Positions 37,499 through 47,648 of a stretch of DNA of 63,181 nt are shown here, one piece after another (the first letter of the stretch is position 1; each line of letters begins with the position of its first letter). The stretch covers positions 1 to 63,181 of the forward strand of contig JAZRSA010000011.1 of the NCBI GenBank assembly GCA_045651205.1, in the 5' to 3' direction. Origin of the DNA: Clostridia bacterium. GTDB lineage: Bacteria > Bacillota > Clostridia > TANB77 > CAG-465. The position numbers and the translations under genes are program-made. A model generated the notes under the pieces. That model was not told where the DNA came from and did not search any database. It was given only the letters and a program-made list of their open reading frames with translations.

Positions 37499-40400
37499 TT
37501 ATCTAGGCCCCCTTTCTTCATTTTCTTTCTTAATCACCGCAAGTAATTCTTCTACTTTTGCTCTATCCACTTCAGGTAAGCCGTCTATATCTAGAACTCT
37601 CTTGCCATTTGCAGTTATTTGTCTTAATGTTTTCTTTAATTGATAATCTATGTGCTCTCTTGCTTGTTTTTGTTCTTCTTCAGTTAAATCCTCTTTTACT
37701 GGTGCTGTAAATACACTAGCCATTTTAACTGGTCCTACTTCCTCTGCACTATACACTACAGCCATTCTTGAAGTAGCTGCAACTTTTGTTATTTCTGGAT
37801 TTAAATAATACTCTCTAGCTATACTTGCCATAATCTCATCTGATGGTTTACTTATTCCATCTCTTATAACTGAAACATATTCTAAATCGTCTCTACCTGC
37901 CGCACTTTCCATCTTCTTCATCATAGTCACTGCTGTAACTGGTATATTTGTACTATCATAAACAGGGATTGTATCCTCGTGTACATGTAAGTTTTCCATT
38001 TCTGAATCTACTAATCCATCTCTTTCAGTTATTATATATTGTTCTCTTGCATCCGTGTATGGATGTGGTACTCTTCCACCCGTTATAACTCCGCGAGGTT
38101 TTGCATCTCTATGCATTTCTGTATCTGATTGTATAGCGTCTTTTATATCATTATACCCAAGACCTATAGTTACTTTGCCTAGTCTTAGTGCATCATATTG
38201 TTCCTGAGTTATAGTACCGGCTTCTAAAAGCTCAGTATATACTCTTTCATCTTCTTGCATTAAATCAACTGTAGCTTGTTTGTATACCCCAAGAACTGCT
38301 TTTGTTAAACCACTTCTTCCTTCTTCAGGATGTTCTCTTTCATATGTAGTAAATATCTTGTTTGGTATTTCTATATTATCGAAACAACCAGTATATTGAT
38401 TTCTCCAGAACCAGCTTTGTGCAACTATTCTTCCTTCAGCATCTCTTACAACAAACACTCTACCATCCTTAGATAGCACACTATGTTCCATGCTAGTTTG
38501 ACCAGCACCACCAATTTCTTGGCAACAATCTGTTAATGTACCAATAGATAAAGCTAATGGATCATCACATCTTAACATTTCATATGTATAACCATTTTTT
38601 TCTCCTGCTACTCTTGGAATACTTGAATAATCTCTCATTTCGCCTTCATTATACATTACTTGTAGTTTTTCAAAATCTTGTTGGCTATATCCAGCAATCT
38701 TAGCTTGTTCTGCTAAACCTTCATTTCCAATTTCTACTTTTTCATAGTTGTTATTACGAATATATTCTGCTGCAAGCTCTAATGTTAATGTTCTACCCGC
38801 ATTATCTCTTGTTATTTCAGAGAATCTTCTTTGTATTAAAGAAATATCTTTAATATAATCTGGATTAGACATTATCTCTTCTTGATGCTTCATAAAAAAT
38901 TCCACGAACTTCGGATCATATGTCATACTAAACGAGTCAAACATTTGATGCGCTTTAGCAGGTGTTAATACATTACTTACATTCGCCGTTTCTAATGCTA
39001 AACGTATATCTTGTACTTTACCATCCGCTAGCTTCTTTGCTTGTTTTTGATCGACACCTTCACCACGTTCTACAGCTGGCGCTTTATATGTATATCTTCC
39101 ATCTTCACCTTGTATATATGAACCTTGTATTAAAGCTAATTTTTCAGGATTATCCGCAAATTTAGCCATAACCTTTTCATAATCTTCTGCTAAAATACTG
39201 TCAGGTGGCAATGTTAACATATCTACCACTCTTTTAAATCCCGCGTCATTTCCATTAAATACACCCATTGAATATGCTAATTTTAATGTCGCTGTTTTTC
39301 CTTCATCATTAAAATTAAACCTATCTATTCTTGTAAGTCCAGACCATTTCTTTCCGTTAGTTAAGAAATTATCCATCTCACTTTCAGGGAAATTTAACAT
39401 TACTGTATGGTGAGGTATAAACTTTCCTCCTGTTGCTTTATACCAGTTAGAAAGTGTTTCTTCTTTGTGCTGTCCAACCATTTTATCTAGGCTTTCCCCG
39501 CTTCTTCCAGATAATTTCATTGCTTGTTCTAGCCCAAGTACTTCAAATAGTCTAAAATATCCTTCTGACATTGCTCTTGGGATGTTTTTACCTTTTAAAA
39601 ACTCTGCCCATTCTCTGTGCTCACCTATAGCTTTAAATGTTAATCTGTAATTTGAACTATGATGGTTTTCATATCCTTCAGCTTTAGATAAATAGTCGTC
39701 ATAGAAAGCTAATTTTAATTCTTCTGGTGCATCAGGAGCTAAAAACATTTCTGGATGTGCTTCTTTGAAAAAGTCCGGTGCATCTTCTCCGTACCTTATA
39801 CCACGAGATAGTATTTCCATTTCAACTTTACGTTTCAATATTCCTTGCAATTCTTCTAAACTCTTAGGTTCAGTCATACGCAAATAATCTCTTCTTTTAT
39901 TTAGGTACCTTATAGTTCTTACATTATCCATTATGAATGTACGCAACTCTTCTTTGCCAAAACTTCCTTCTAGCGTCGAATAAATATCCCTATCTCGTCC
40001 TTCAAAGTACACATTAGGTCTTTCCAAACACATATCTAAATTTGCTTCAGATAAATAACTCATATATTCCTGATGTTCTTCTATATCTTCTAATTTTATT
40101 CTTGTTTTATAAAATTTGTCTTGTAATTCTTCCGGTGCATCATAAGATATAAACAAATCTGGATTAGCTTCTCTAAAAGGTCCTTGTATATGCCTATGAT
40201 CCAACCTTTCTTTTGCATTACCATCACTCGGTCCATAAATGATTATTCTACGCATAACCTCGTTGAATTCTTCCCTAGTATATGGTCTATCTCCTGCGTC
40301 ATATGGTTTTATATATAGATTCGCTGGACTGTCATATCCTCTATTTCCAGCATAATGCAAATATGCGCTATTTATGTATTTTAAATTCTTAAATTCATTT

Positions 40401-41464
40401 TCAGAAAATATTGGTCCGTTTTCTCTTTCAAATTCCATTATTGGAGTAATACCAAATCTCTCTATTACATCAAAAACTTGCCAAGCATCTCTTTTTTCCA
40501 TAACATCAATTGGAATGTATCCTATTAATGTCTTTTCGTCTACTTCTTGTAAAAGTTTCGGTATGCTATTCTCCTTGATTCCCGTTGAAATAGTATCTGA
40601 CCATTCTAATAATTCTTGAAGAGACGCATAATTTAATGCCACCTTTGCATTTGCGCTATTTATGCCTTGTCCTGTATAATATTCTGCCATTTTCGCTTTA
40701 TTTTCTTCAGGTGCAAGCGCAACATCTATACCTTTAGATGCTCTAACCATCTCTAAAACACCTGAATCTAGTAATTCTGGCATATGAGTAATAATGTATT
40801 CATACTTTTCTTCAGTTAATCCATTTCTTTCTACAAAATCACTCAAACCATCATCTAATCTAGTCATCCATCTTTTTCCCACAAACAATTCTCTGTTTGC
40901 ATTAACCTGTTCTAATGTTAAATTTGATGTAAAAAACGCCTCTTCTAGCTCTTCCATACCTTCAGGGAATTCTACAATGTATTGTGGTAAATTTTCTCTA
41001 GTTATTGCTAACTTAGTTAGCGCTGTATATTCACCTTCACGTGTATATCTATATCCTAGTCGTTCTTCAATACCTGCTACAACTACTGATTTTATTTCTT
41101 CTGCAGAAGATTCAGATGTTAACTCAGACTCTTCAATCATATCTTGCATTTTATATCCCAAATGCGAATATGCTTCTACATCTATATTAGCTAAGTTGCG
41201 TATTCCTATTTTTTTGGCAATTTGTTGCGCTCTATATTCAAGTTCAGTAACAGAAATATCGTCATACAAATTATATTTAACAACATCTTCAATAGTTAAA
41301 TCTCTGTTATAATATCTATTTCTTACTTCCTCATCTGTTATATCCGGCCTGAAGCCATCACGTCTCGCTCTTTCTCTTCTTATCGAAGGAGAAAACACCG
41401 CAACTACTGCACTTTTAAATCTAGAACTATATAATCCCGAATCTCCTAAACTATATTTTTTCAT
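37499..41464 (-). CDS. very large hypothetical cytoplasmic protein (1321 aa)
   Basis: Uninterrupted ORF 11 nt after the upstream gene, with no TM helix or signal peptide. Internal repeat F(R/K)EA(N/H)P(D/E)(L/M)F..DAPEEL...FY and a Cys-Cys-containing domain TLTDCCQEIGGAGQTSMEH. Confidence 0.8.
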   Translation of the reverse strand: MKKYSLGDSGLYSSRFKSAVVAVFSPSIRRERARRDGFRPDITDEEVRNRYYNRDLTIEDVVKYNLYDDISVTELEYRAQQIAKKIGIRNLANIDVEAYSHLGYKMQDMIEESELTSESSAEEIKSVVVAGIEERLGYRYTREGEYTALTKLAITRENLPQYIVEFPEGMEELEEAFFTSNLTLEQVNANRELFVGKRWMTRLDDGLSDFVERNGLTEEKYEYIITHMPELLDSGVLEMVRASKGIDVALAPEENKAKMAEYYTGQGINSANAKVALNYASLQELLEWSDTISTGIKENSIPKLLQEVDEKTLIGYIPIDVMEKRDAWQVFDVIERFGITPIMEFERENGPIFSENEFKNLKYINSAYLHYAGNRGYDSPANLYIKPYDAGDRPYTREEFNEVMRRIIIYGPSDGNAKERLDHRHIQGPFREANPDLFISYDAPEELQDKFYKTRIKLEDIEEHQEYMSYLSEANLDMCLERPNVYFEGRDRDIYSTLEGSFGKEELRTFIMDNVRTIRYLNKRRDYLRMTEPKSLEELQGILKRKVEMEILSRGIRYGEDAPDFFKEAHPEMFLAPDAPEELKLAFYDDYLSKAEGYENHHSSNYRLTFKAIGEHREWAEFLKGKNIPRAMSEGYFRLFEVLGLEQAMKLSGRSGESLDKMVGQHKEETLSNWYKATGGKFIPHHTVMLNFPESEMDNFLTNGKKWSGLTRIDRFNFNDEGKTATLKLAYSMGVFNGNDAGFKRVVDMLTLPPDSILAEDYEKVMAKFADNPEKLALIQGSYIQGEDGRYTYKAPAVERGEGVDQKQAKKLADGKVQDIRLALETANVSNVLTPAKAHQMFDSFSMTYDPKFVEFFMKHQEEIMSNPDYIKDISLIQRRFSEITRDNAGRTLTLELAAEYIRNNNYEKVEIGNEGLAEQAKIAGYSQQDFEKLQVMYNEGEMRDYSSIPRVAGEKNGYTYEMLRCDDPLALSIGTLTDCCQEIGGAGQTSMEHSVLSKDGRVFVVRDAEGRIVAQSWFWRNQYTGCFDNIEIPNKIFTTYEREHPEEGRSGLTKAVLGVYKQATVDLMQEDERVYTELLEAGTITQEQYDALRLGKVTIGLGYNDIKDAIQSDTEMHRDAKPRGVITGGRVPHPYTDAREQYIITERDGLVDSEMENLHVHEDTIPVYDSTNIPVTAVTMMKKMESAAGRDDLEYVSVIRDGISKPSDEIMASIAREYYLNPEITKVAATSRMAVVYSAEEVGPVKMASVFTAPVKEDLTEEEQKQAREHIDYQLKKTLRQITANGKRVLDIDGLPEVDRAKVEELLAVIKKENEERGPR

Positions 41465-41475
41465 TTATATCCCTC

Positions 41476-41910
41476 TTATTTTTTAAATAGTTTCTTTATC
41501 TTGTTAATTATTTTTGCTATATATCCTTCATCTTCTTTAACTGTTAATGCATTTATTTCTTCTTCACTTACTGTTTCTTCTTTCTTTATAAATATGTTTC
41601 TTGGATCAAAGCCTATTTTACTTTGTTCTTCACTTCTTAAAATTTCTTCATCTTCATCCAAAAGTTCTTCTTTTTTAGCTGGAGAACAAAAATACTCTCT
41701 GTATATGATTGCCATTAATTCCTTTGTTTCTTTACCGACAGTCTGCTTGTTTAAAGGAATCTTTGGATTTATATTTGAAACATAATCTTTATCTTTGTTT
41801 ATGTTTATAAAATATATAAACTCCGGAGAAAGCTTGTTTCTTAAACTTTCAGGCATCATCTCAATAATTAAGCTTATGTCCGTATAAGCTTTGGAATTAA
41901 TTTTACTCAT
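41476..41910 (-). CDS. hypothetical protein (144 aa)
   Basis: ORF overlapping the stop of the upstream 864-aa gene by 8 nt; acidic central region. Confidence 0.65.
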   Translation of the reverse strand: MSKINSKAYTDISLIIEMMPESLRNKLSPEFIYFININKDKDYVSNINPKIPLNKQTVGKETKELMAIIYREYFCSPAKKEELLDEDEEILRSEEQSKIGFDPRNIFIKKEETVSEEEINALTVKEDEGYIAKIINKIKKLFKK

Positions 41911-44497
41911 ATACTACTTCACCTTCTTTTGTTCTTTCCATTTCCATATCTTTAAGCATAGCTTCATACCTTTCTTTTCTATCTCTTGCCGTCGTTTCCC
42001 TATATGCTGCTTCAAAATCTTCCATAGAAACCAACTCCGGTCCTGCTTTACATCTATCTATGCTTTCAATATGTTCTCTCATTGTTTTGTTGTATTCTTC
42101 TACAGGAGTACCCATTATATGCCCTGTAGATTGTTCTACAAAATGCTCTGCCATATATCCTAAATACTCTAAGGCAAGCTTCTTTTTACCTTCTGGCAAA
42201 GTATCATTTGTAGTTATTGTTTCTATTAAACTTGGCATTTCTGCAACCACTTTGTAATATGGTTCTCTATACATTATCTCCCTAATACTGTCTGGAGATA
42301 ATGTTTCTTTAAATTCTCTTCTTGCTTCTTCTGCCCTTTCGTTATTCAAATCTAGATATTGTTGTCTATCTATCATAACGACAGGTATACCATGTGCTTT
42401 TGCTGCTTTAATAGCATTCTCATTCATATTTCCATCAAAGCAAACTATACAAGATGGCATAAGTTTATCTGTTCCCGTTTTTGCTCTTAAGTCTTCTGCT
42501 TTAGAAATGTCTGTTTCTTTTCTTTTTTGAACAAGTTCATTCCAATATGTAGGGTCTGTCCAATACGCTAAATCTTCTGTACCTCTCATTCTACAGTTCA
42601 TACTCTTAGTCTCCATATGACCTGCGCCATGTTCCACCATCATATCTGTAGAATCCATTTTAATTATTCCATCGTCTGCAAGTTCAGTAAACCCATAAAA
42701 CACTGCGTCCGGGTCAATTTCTTTTAGCGCTTCACCTTCATACACTGCTAAATCTGCAGCTTGTCCTGCTTCAGCGTATGCTTTTGCAGTCGCTTCATCT
42801 TTTAACATTACAAGTTCAGCACCATCTCTTGTTTTCATACTTCTAAAAAGTCCCGCTATCTTTTTATCTGTTATTAGCGTAGTTGAAATTGTATTGCTTC
42901 CTTCAGTTTTTGACCACATAGTTGGATCTTCTATTATTCTATTTGCAATACTGTTCATATTGAAATCAAAATTAAAAATTCTATGTATGCATAAATTAAA
43001 GCTTTGACCATTAAGTTTTATAACTTCTACACCATCTACACTTTCTCTATCTAACGAATCATCTGTTAAATCTAACATCTCTTGGTTATATGTCTTAGAA
43101 TACATGCTAGATATTCTTTGCTTTGTTTCAGCTACATCCGAAATAACTGTTGACATAGCACCAAATTGCGCCCTTAACTCATCTATATTATCTATCCCAG
43201 CCATTTGTTCAAGGAGTGTTAGTCTTCTTCTAAATTCGTCAGTTATTGGCGCCTCAACATTATGCGCTTTAGCATATTCATAAAGTTCTTCCATATTGAA
43301 GTTGCAATACTCTTCATCGAATGCTTGCATTTCTTCAGGACTTGCGTTAAACAACATCTCCGAATATATTCTTCTAACCTCATCTGGAGTTTCCGCCTCA
43401 TCTAATCTTGCGTCGTAATATTCTCTTACTATTTCTTCATAATTGCTCAAATCTTCTATGCTTGTTATTCCAAACTTATTTCCTGTTGCAACTAATGTTT
43501 TAAACATATCTTCTGGCATATTTATTCCATCCAACCCATTTGTGCTATTTACAAGTTCACTTAAATTTGTGTATGAAGATATTGCTCCTTGAATGCTTGG
43601 AAGTGTTTCACCGTACACTCCTTTATATTTTTCTATATATGCTTCTAGCGATTCTAAATTACCTGCTTTACTTGCTTCTATTACCGTATCTACTGCTCCA
43701 GTACTATACTCCAACAAGCTATTTAATGTATTTATATCCATACTGGATATTCTTTCGTCACATAAAAGCTCATATCTTAAGTTAGGATTTTCTAATGTTA
43801 GTTCAGGTCTAATTGTTTTTATTCTTTCATACGATGCATAAAATCTTTGCATTGTTGCATTATTCTCTGGAAACTGTTTGTAATTTGCAAAATTTTGTTT
43901 AATTACAGCTTCCACCAGCTCTTCTGGGAAATATCCTTCAAGCTTGTCCTTGAAAGCAGTAAATTCTTTAGGATTCGCTGTAACATATGCTGCCATATAT
44001 TCTTTGCTATCTCTTATTTCTGGTATTTTTATTCTTTTGTAATTATTTATATCTTTTTCCACTAAATATGTTGCAAGCTCTACATCGTCTGCTATGTATT
44101 TAGGAGCCATTCCATATATTACCCCATGTCCAGCCTTACTAAGTCTTGACCCTTCTTCAGGAATTATCTCTCCGCGTATATATCCATTAAATTGTTCTTT
44201 TAAGAAATCGCTTTGTACTTTAGAGCCTTTTAATCTAAGTAGTAGATCTGGATTCTTACCTATACAATCTTTTATTACTTCTTCGTCTGTAAATATTCCG
44301 TCCATATCTGCATATTCTGCATATTTTTCATCAAGAATAATTACTTTCTTTTGTACTTCAAGAGGAAAACTTTCCATAAACATAGAATCTATGTCTAATA
44401 CATCTGCCACAAAATCCATATCTGTTAAATATTCTTCTGGTATTGGTGGTAACTCATAATTTTCTTCTGCGTATTTTAATATTTCAGACTTGTCCAT
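41903..44497 (-). CDS. large hypothetical cytoplasmic protein (864 aa)
   Basis: Start set at MDKSEILKY (RBS AAGGGGAGG). No TM helix or signal peptide. The N-terminal helical repeats are loosely reminiscent of DUF4116 (low confidence). Confidence 0.8.
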   Translation of the reverse strand: MDKSEILKYAEENYELPPIPEEYLTDMDFVADVLDIDSMFMESFPLEVQKKVIILDEKYAEYADMDGIFTDEEVIKDCIGKNPDLLLRLKGSKVQSDFLKEQFNGYIRGEIIPEEGSRLSKAGHGVIYGMAPKYIADDVELATYLVEKDINNYKRIKIPEIRDSKEYMAAYVTANPKEFTAFKDKLEGYFPEELVEAVIKQNFANYKQFPENNATMQRFYASYERIKTIRPELTLENPNLRYELLCDERISSMDINTLNSLLEYSTGAVDTVIEASKAGNLESLEAYIEKYKGVYGETLPSIQGAISSYTNLSELVNSTNGLDGINMPEDMFKTLVATGNKFGITSIEDLSNYEEIVREYYDARLDEAETPDEVRRIYSEMLFNASPEEMQAFDEEYCNFNMEELYEYAKAHNVEAPITDEFRRRLTLLEQMAGIDNIDELRAQFGAMSTVISDVAETKQRISSMYSKTYNQEMLDLTDDSLDRESVDGVEVIKLNGQSFNLCIHRIFNFDFNMNSIANRIIEDPTMWSKTEGSNTISTTLITDKKIAGLFRSMKTRDGAELVMLKDEATAKAYAEAGQAADLAVYEGEALKEIDPDAVFYGFTELADDGIIKMDSTDMMVEHGAGHMETKSMNCRMRGTEDLAYWTDPTYWNELVQKRKETDISKAEDLRAKTGTDKLMPSCIVCFDGNMNENAIKAAKAHGIPVVMIDRQQYLDLNNERAEEARREFKETLSPDSIREIMYREPYYKVVAEMPSLIETITTNDTLPEGKKKLALEYLGYMAEHFVEQSTGHIMGTPVEEYNKTMREHIESIDRCKAGPELVSMEDFEAAYRETTARDRKERYEAMLKDMEMERTKEGEVVYE

Positions 44498-44531
44498 ATT
44501 TCCTCCCCTTTGATACATTTATACAAAATAA

Positions 44532-44540
44532 ATTATATCA
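44532..44540 (-). promoter_or_regulatory. extended -10 element (TGATATAAT) upstream of the five-gene operon
   Basis: Minus strand reads TGATATAAT about 35 nt upstream of the ATG at 44497; weak -35. Confidence 0.4.
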
Positions 44541-44604
44541 CATATTTTTAAGATTTTAGCAAGTTTTAGTCACACTTTTCTAAATCTTTTTTATACCCTT
44601 TTAT

Positions 44605-44633
44605 TTGACAATTTTACTTCCCGCTTGTATACT
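44605..44633 (+). promoter_or_regulatory. near-consensus sigma-A promoter of the pseudouridine synthase gene
   Basis: TTGACA, 17 nt spacer, TATACT; the ATG at 44643 lies only 9 nt after the -10. Confidence 0.5.
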
Positions 44634-44642
44634 TTATGTATT

Positions 44643-45521
44643 ATGAAATTAGAGTATAAAAACACAGAATCTAAGGGTTATTTAACCGTTTTTAACGTTC
44701 TTAAAAACGAGTTCCATTTATCTGATAGATTAATACTAAAACTAAAAAGAGAAAAACAAATATATATTAATGGTGAAACAACTCATGTAAAGAAAGAATT
44801 AACAGCTAACGACATCATTTCTGTAAATATTAATTTTAGCGAAGAATCTGAAAACATTGTTCCTACAAAAATGGATCTAGATATTCTTTACGAAGATGAT
44901 GGATTGCTAATTATTAACAAAGGGCCAAATACTCCTGTTCATCCATCAATAAATCACTATGAAGATACACTTTCTAACGGAGTTAAATATTACTTTGAAA
45001 GTATAGGCCTTAAGAAAAAAATCCGTCCTATTAATAGACTAGACAAAGACACTTCAGGCATAGTTCTTTTTGCAAAGAACGAATACATACAAGAAAGCCT
45101 TACCGGGCAAATGAAAACAAATATATTTAACAAGGAGTACTTTGCTTTTGTTAATGGCAGGTTAGAAGAATCTCCTCTAAGACTAGTTGCAAACATTAAA
45201 AGAAAAGCCGAAAGCATCATTGAAAGATGCGTTGCAGATGATGGTGATTATGCCGAAACAATATTTGAAACAATACAAGAATTTGATAAATATTCTTTAA
45301 TTAAATGTACACTAAAAACAGGTAAAACACATCAAATACGCGTACACACAAGTTACATTGGCCATAGTATATTAGGCGACACATTGTATGGACAAGCTTC
45401 AGATTTAATTAATAGGCAAGCTTTACACGCATACAAAGTTAGATTTATACATCCAATTACAAAAGAGAATATTGAAATTGTTTGTGATTTACCGGAAGAT
45501 ATGCGTAAGCTTTTAACTTAA
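44643..45521 (+). CDS. RluA-family 23S rRNA pseudouridine synthase (RluD-like)
   Basis: S4-like N-terminus, RLDKDTSG catalytic Asp motif, KTGKTHQIRVH motif. Confidence 0.85.
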   Translation: MKLEYKNTESKGYLTVFNVLKNEFHLSDRLILKLKREKQIYINGETTHVKKELTANDIISVNINFSEESENIVPTKMDLDILYEDDGLLIINKGPNTPVHPSINHYEDTLSNGVKYYFESIGLKKKIRPINRLDKDTSGIVLFAKNEYIQESLTGQMKTNIFNKEYFAFVNGRLEESPLRLVANIKRKAESIIERCVADDGDYAETIFETIQEFDKYSLIKCTLKTGKTHQIRVHTSYIGHSILGDTLYGQASDLINRQALHAYKVRFIHPITKENIEIVCDLPEDMRKLLT

Positions 45522-45588
45522 GTTCAAACTTAACTATATTTATTTACAAAATTCGACAATTTATGTTATACTATTTGCGAGGTGCAAT

Positions 45589-46677
45589 ATGAAGAAATTA
45601 TTAACAATACTAATAGCTTTAGTTATACTAGTTGTTATAGCAGTTACAGTACCACTTGTTTGGTATACTAATGCTATAGGGCCTATGAGTGATGAAGCTA
45701 AAGACATTAACGTAACTATTGAAATGGGCTCTGGTTCAAGTACAATAGCAACGAAATTAAAAGAAGCTGGTGTTATATCTAGCGATGTAGCATTCAAAAT
45801 ATATGTAAAACTAAATAATATATCTGGATTCCAAGCCGGAGAATATGTATTATCTCCAAGCATGAATCTTGAAACAATAACAAAAGCTCTTAAAGAAGGT
45901 AAGGTTTTTGAAGAACAAGTAAAAATAACATTTGTTGAAGGTAAAAACATGATGTGGATAGCAAAAAGAATTGCAGAAACAACAGATAATACTGAACAAG
46001 ATGTTTATGATTTACTTAAAGATAAAACATATCTTCAAAGTTTAATCGATGAATACTGGTTCTTAACAAAAGATATATTAAATAAAGATATATATTATGC
46101 ATTAGAAGGATATCTTGCTCCTAATACATATCATTTTGCTAAAAACGATTTAAGCGTTAAAACAATATTCAAGACAATGCTTGATCAAACCGAAAAGATA
46201 CTTGAAGATTACAAAGATACTATTGCAAAGAGCAAATATACTGTACACGAAATCATGACAATGGCATCAGTTGTTGAGCTTGAATGCCCACCTTCTAAAG
46301 ATAACGAAAACAGAAAAAACACAGCAAGTGTATTTTACAATAGACTTAAAACAGACATGGCTTTAGGAAGTGACGTTACAACATACTATGCATTTAAAGT
46401 TAGTATGGCAGATAGAGATTTAACTGTAACCGAACTTAATACTTATAATCCATACAACACAAGAGGCCCTAAGATGGGTGGTAAACTTCCAATCGGACCA
46501 ATATGTTCAGCATCTAAGACTTCTATAATAGCCGCAATAGAACCTAATAATGGTGATGATTTGTACTTTGTTGCAGACAAGAATGGAAAAATATACTTTA
46601 CAGAAACATATTCTGAACACGTAAATGTTGTTAACAAGCTAAAAAAAGAAAATATGTGGTATGAATACGAGAAATAA
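45589..46677 (+). CDS. mltG: endolytic murein transglycosylase MltG (YceG-like)
   Basis: N-terminal TM anchor and YceG-type core (EGYLAPNTY, ASVVELE, VFYNRL, YNTR). Confidence 0.85.
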   Translation: MKKLLTILIALVILVVIAVTVPLVWYTNAIGPMSDEAKDINVTIEMGSGSSTIATKLKEAGVISSDVAFKIYVKLNNISGFQAGEYVLSPSMNLETITKALKEGKVFEEQVKITFVEGKNMMWIAKRIAETTDNTEQDVYDLLKDKTYLQSLIDEYWFLTKDILNKDIYYALEGYLAPNTYHFAKNDLSVKTIFKTMLDQTEKILEDYKDTIAKSKYTVHEIMTMASVVELECPPSKDNENRKNTASVFYNRLKTDMALGSDVTTYYAFKVSMADRDLTVTELNTYNPYNTRGPKMGGKLPIGPICSASKTSIIAAIEPNNGDDLYFVADKNGKIYFTETYSEHVNVVNKLKKENMWYEYEK

Positions 46678-46727
46678 CATATAAGTAAAAATACAGACTA
46701 AAACCTAGTCTGTATTTTTATTTCTTT

Positions 46728-47588
46728 TTAGTTTTTTAATTCATATATTTCATTTGCAATTTTTGCAAAAGTTTCTACACTTACCTCTTCTGCTCTAACC
46801 GTTTCTTTTAATTCTACTTTTTTAATAATTTCTTCGATTTCGGCTTTAGTTAATCCACACAATCCACAATTTGCTAGTGAATTGGCCATTTTCTTTCTTC
46901 TTTCTGAGAAAGCCTTCTTAACTAATTCTTCAAAAATCTTTCCATCTTTAATTCCAAGTGTCTCCTCTTTTTCTTTATTTGGAGTTATCTTAATAACTGC
47001 AGAAGTTACATTCGGAGCTGGTATAAATGAAGTGTTTGGAACTACAAATATTTTTTCAACATCCGCTTGGTAATTTGTATTTATTGTAAGAACCCCAAAC
47101 TCCTTAGAACCCGGTTTTGATGCAATTCTGTCCGCAACTTCTTTTTGTACCATAACCGTTATACTTGCTATATCTTCTTTGTATTCTAAAAGCTTAAATA
47201 TTATTGGAGTTGTAATATAATATGGTAAATTTGCTATTACTCTAACTTTACCTTTTACATCTTTAATATATTCTTCTAAGTTTACTTTAAGTATATCCAT
47301 ATTAACTATTTCTAGATTATTATGTGCCGCAAATCTTCCATTTAATATTTCTATCATATCCGTATCTATTTCAAATGCTAATACTTTTGCTCCTGTTTGT
47401 AATATATATTCTGTTAAATTTCCCAGCCCTGGGCCTATTTCTATTACTAAATCCTCTTTTTCAACATCTGAGTTTTCTACAATTCCAGATAGAATATTAT
47501 CATCTACAAGAAAGTTTTGACCAAAACATTTCTTTGCAAACAACTTGTTACTTCTCATTATTCTATTTGTTATTTCTAATGTATTCAT
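46728..47588 (-). CDS. rsmA: 16S rRNA (adenine1518/1519-N6)-dimethyltransferase
   Basis: FGQNFLVD, EIGPGLGNLT SAM motif, NLPYYITTPI. Confidence 0.9.
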   Translation of the reverse strand: MNTLEITNRIMRSNKLFAKKCFGQNFLVDDNILSGIVENSDVEKEDLVIEIGPGLGNLTEYILQTGAKVLAFEIDTDMIEILNGRFAAHNNLEIVNMDILKVNLEEYIKDVKGKVRVIANLPYYITTPIIFKLLEYKEDIASITVMVQKEVADRIASKPGSKEFGVLTINTNYQADVEKIFVVPNTSFIPAPNVTSAVIKITPNKEKEETLGIKDGKIFEELVKKAFSERRKKMANSLANCGLCGLTKAEIEEIIKKVELKETVRAEEVSVETFAKIANEIYELKN

Positions 47589-47648
47589 TATATCTCCTTA
47601 TATTTTATCTTATTATAAATTAAGAGTGCTTAAAGCACTCTTAAACTA

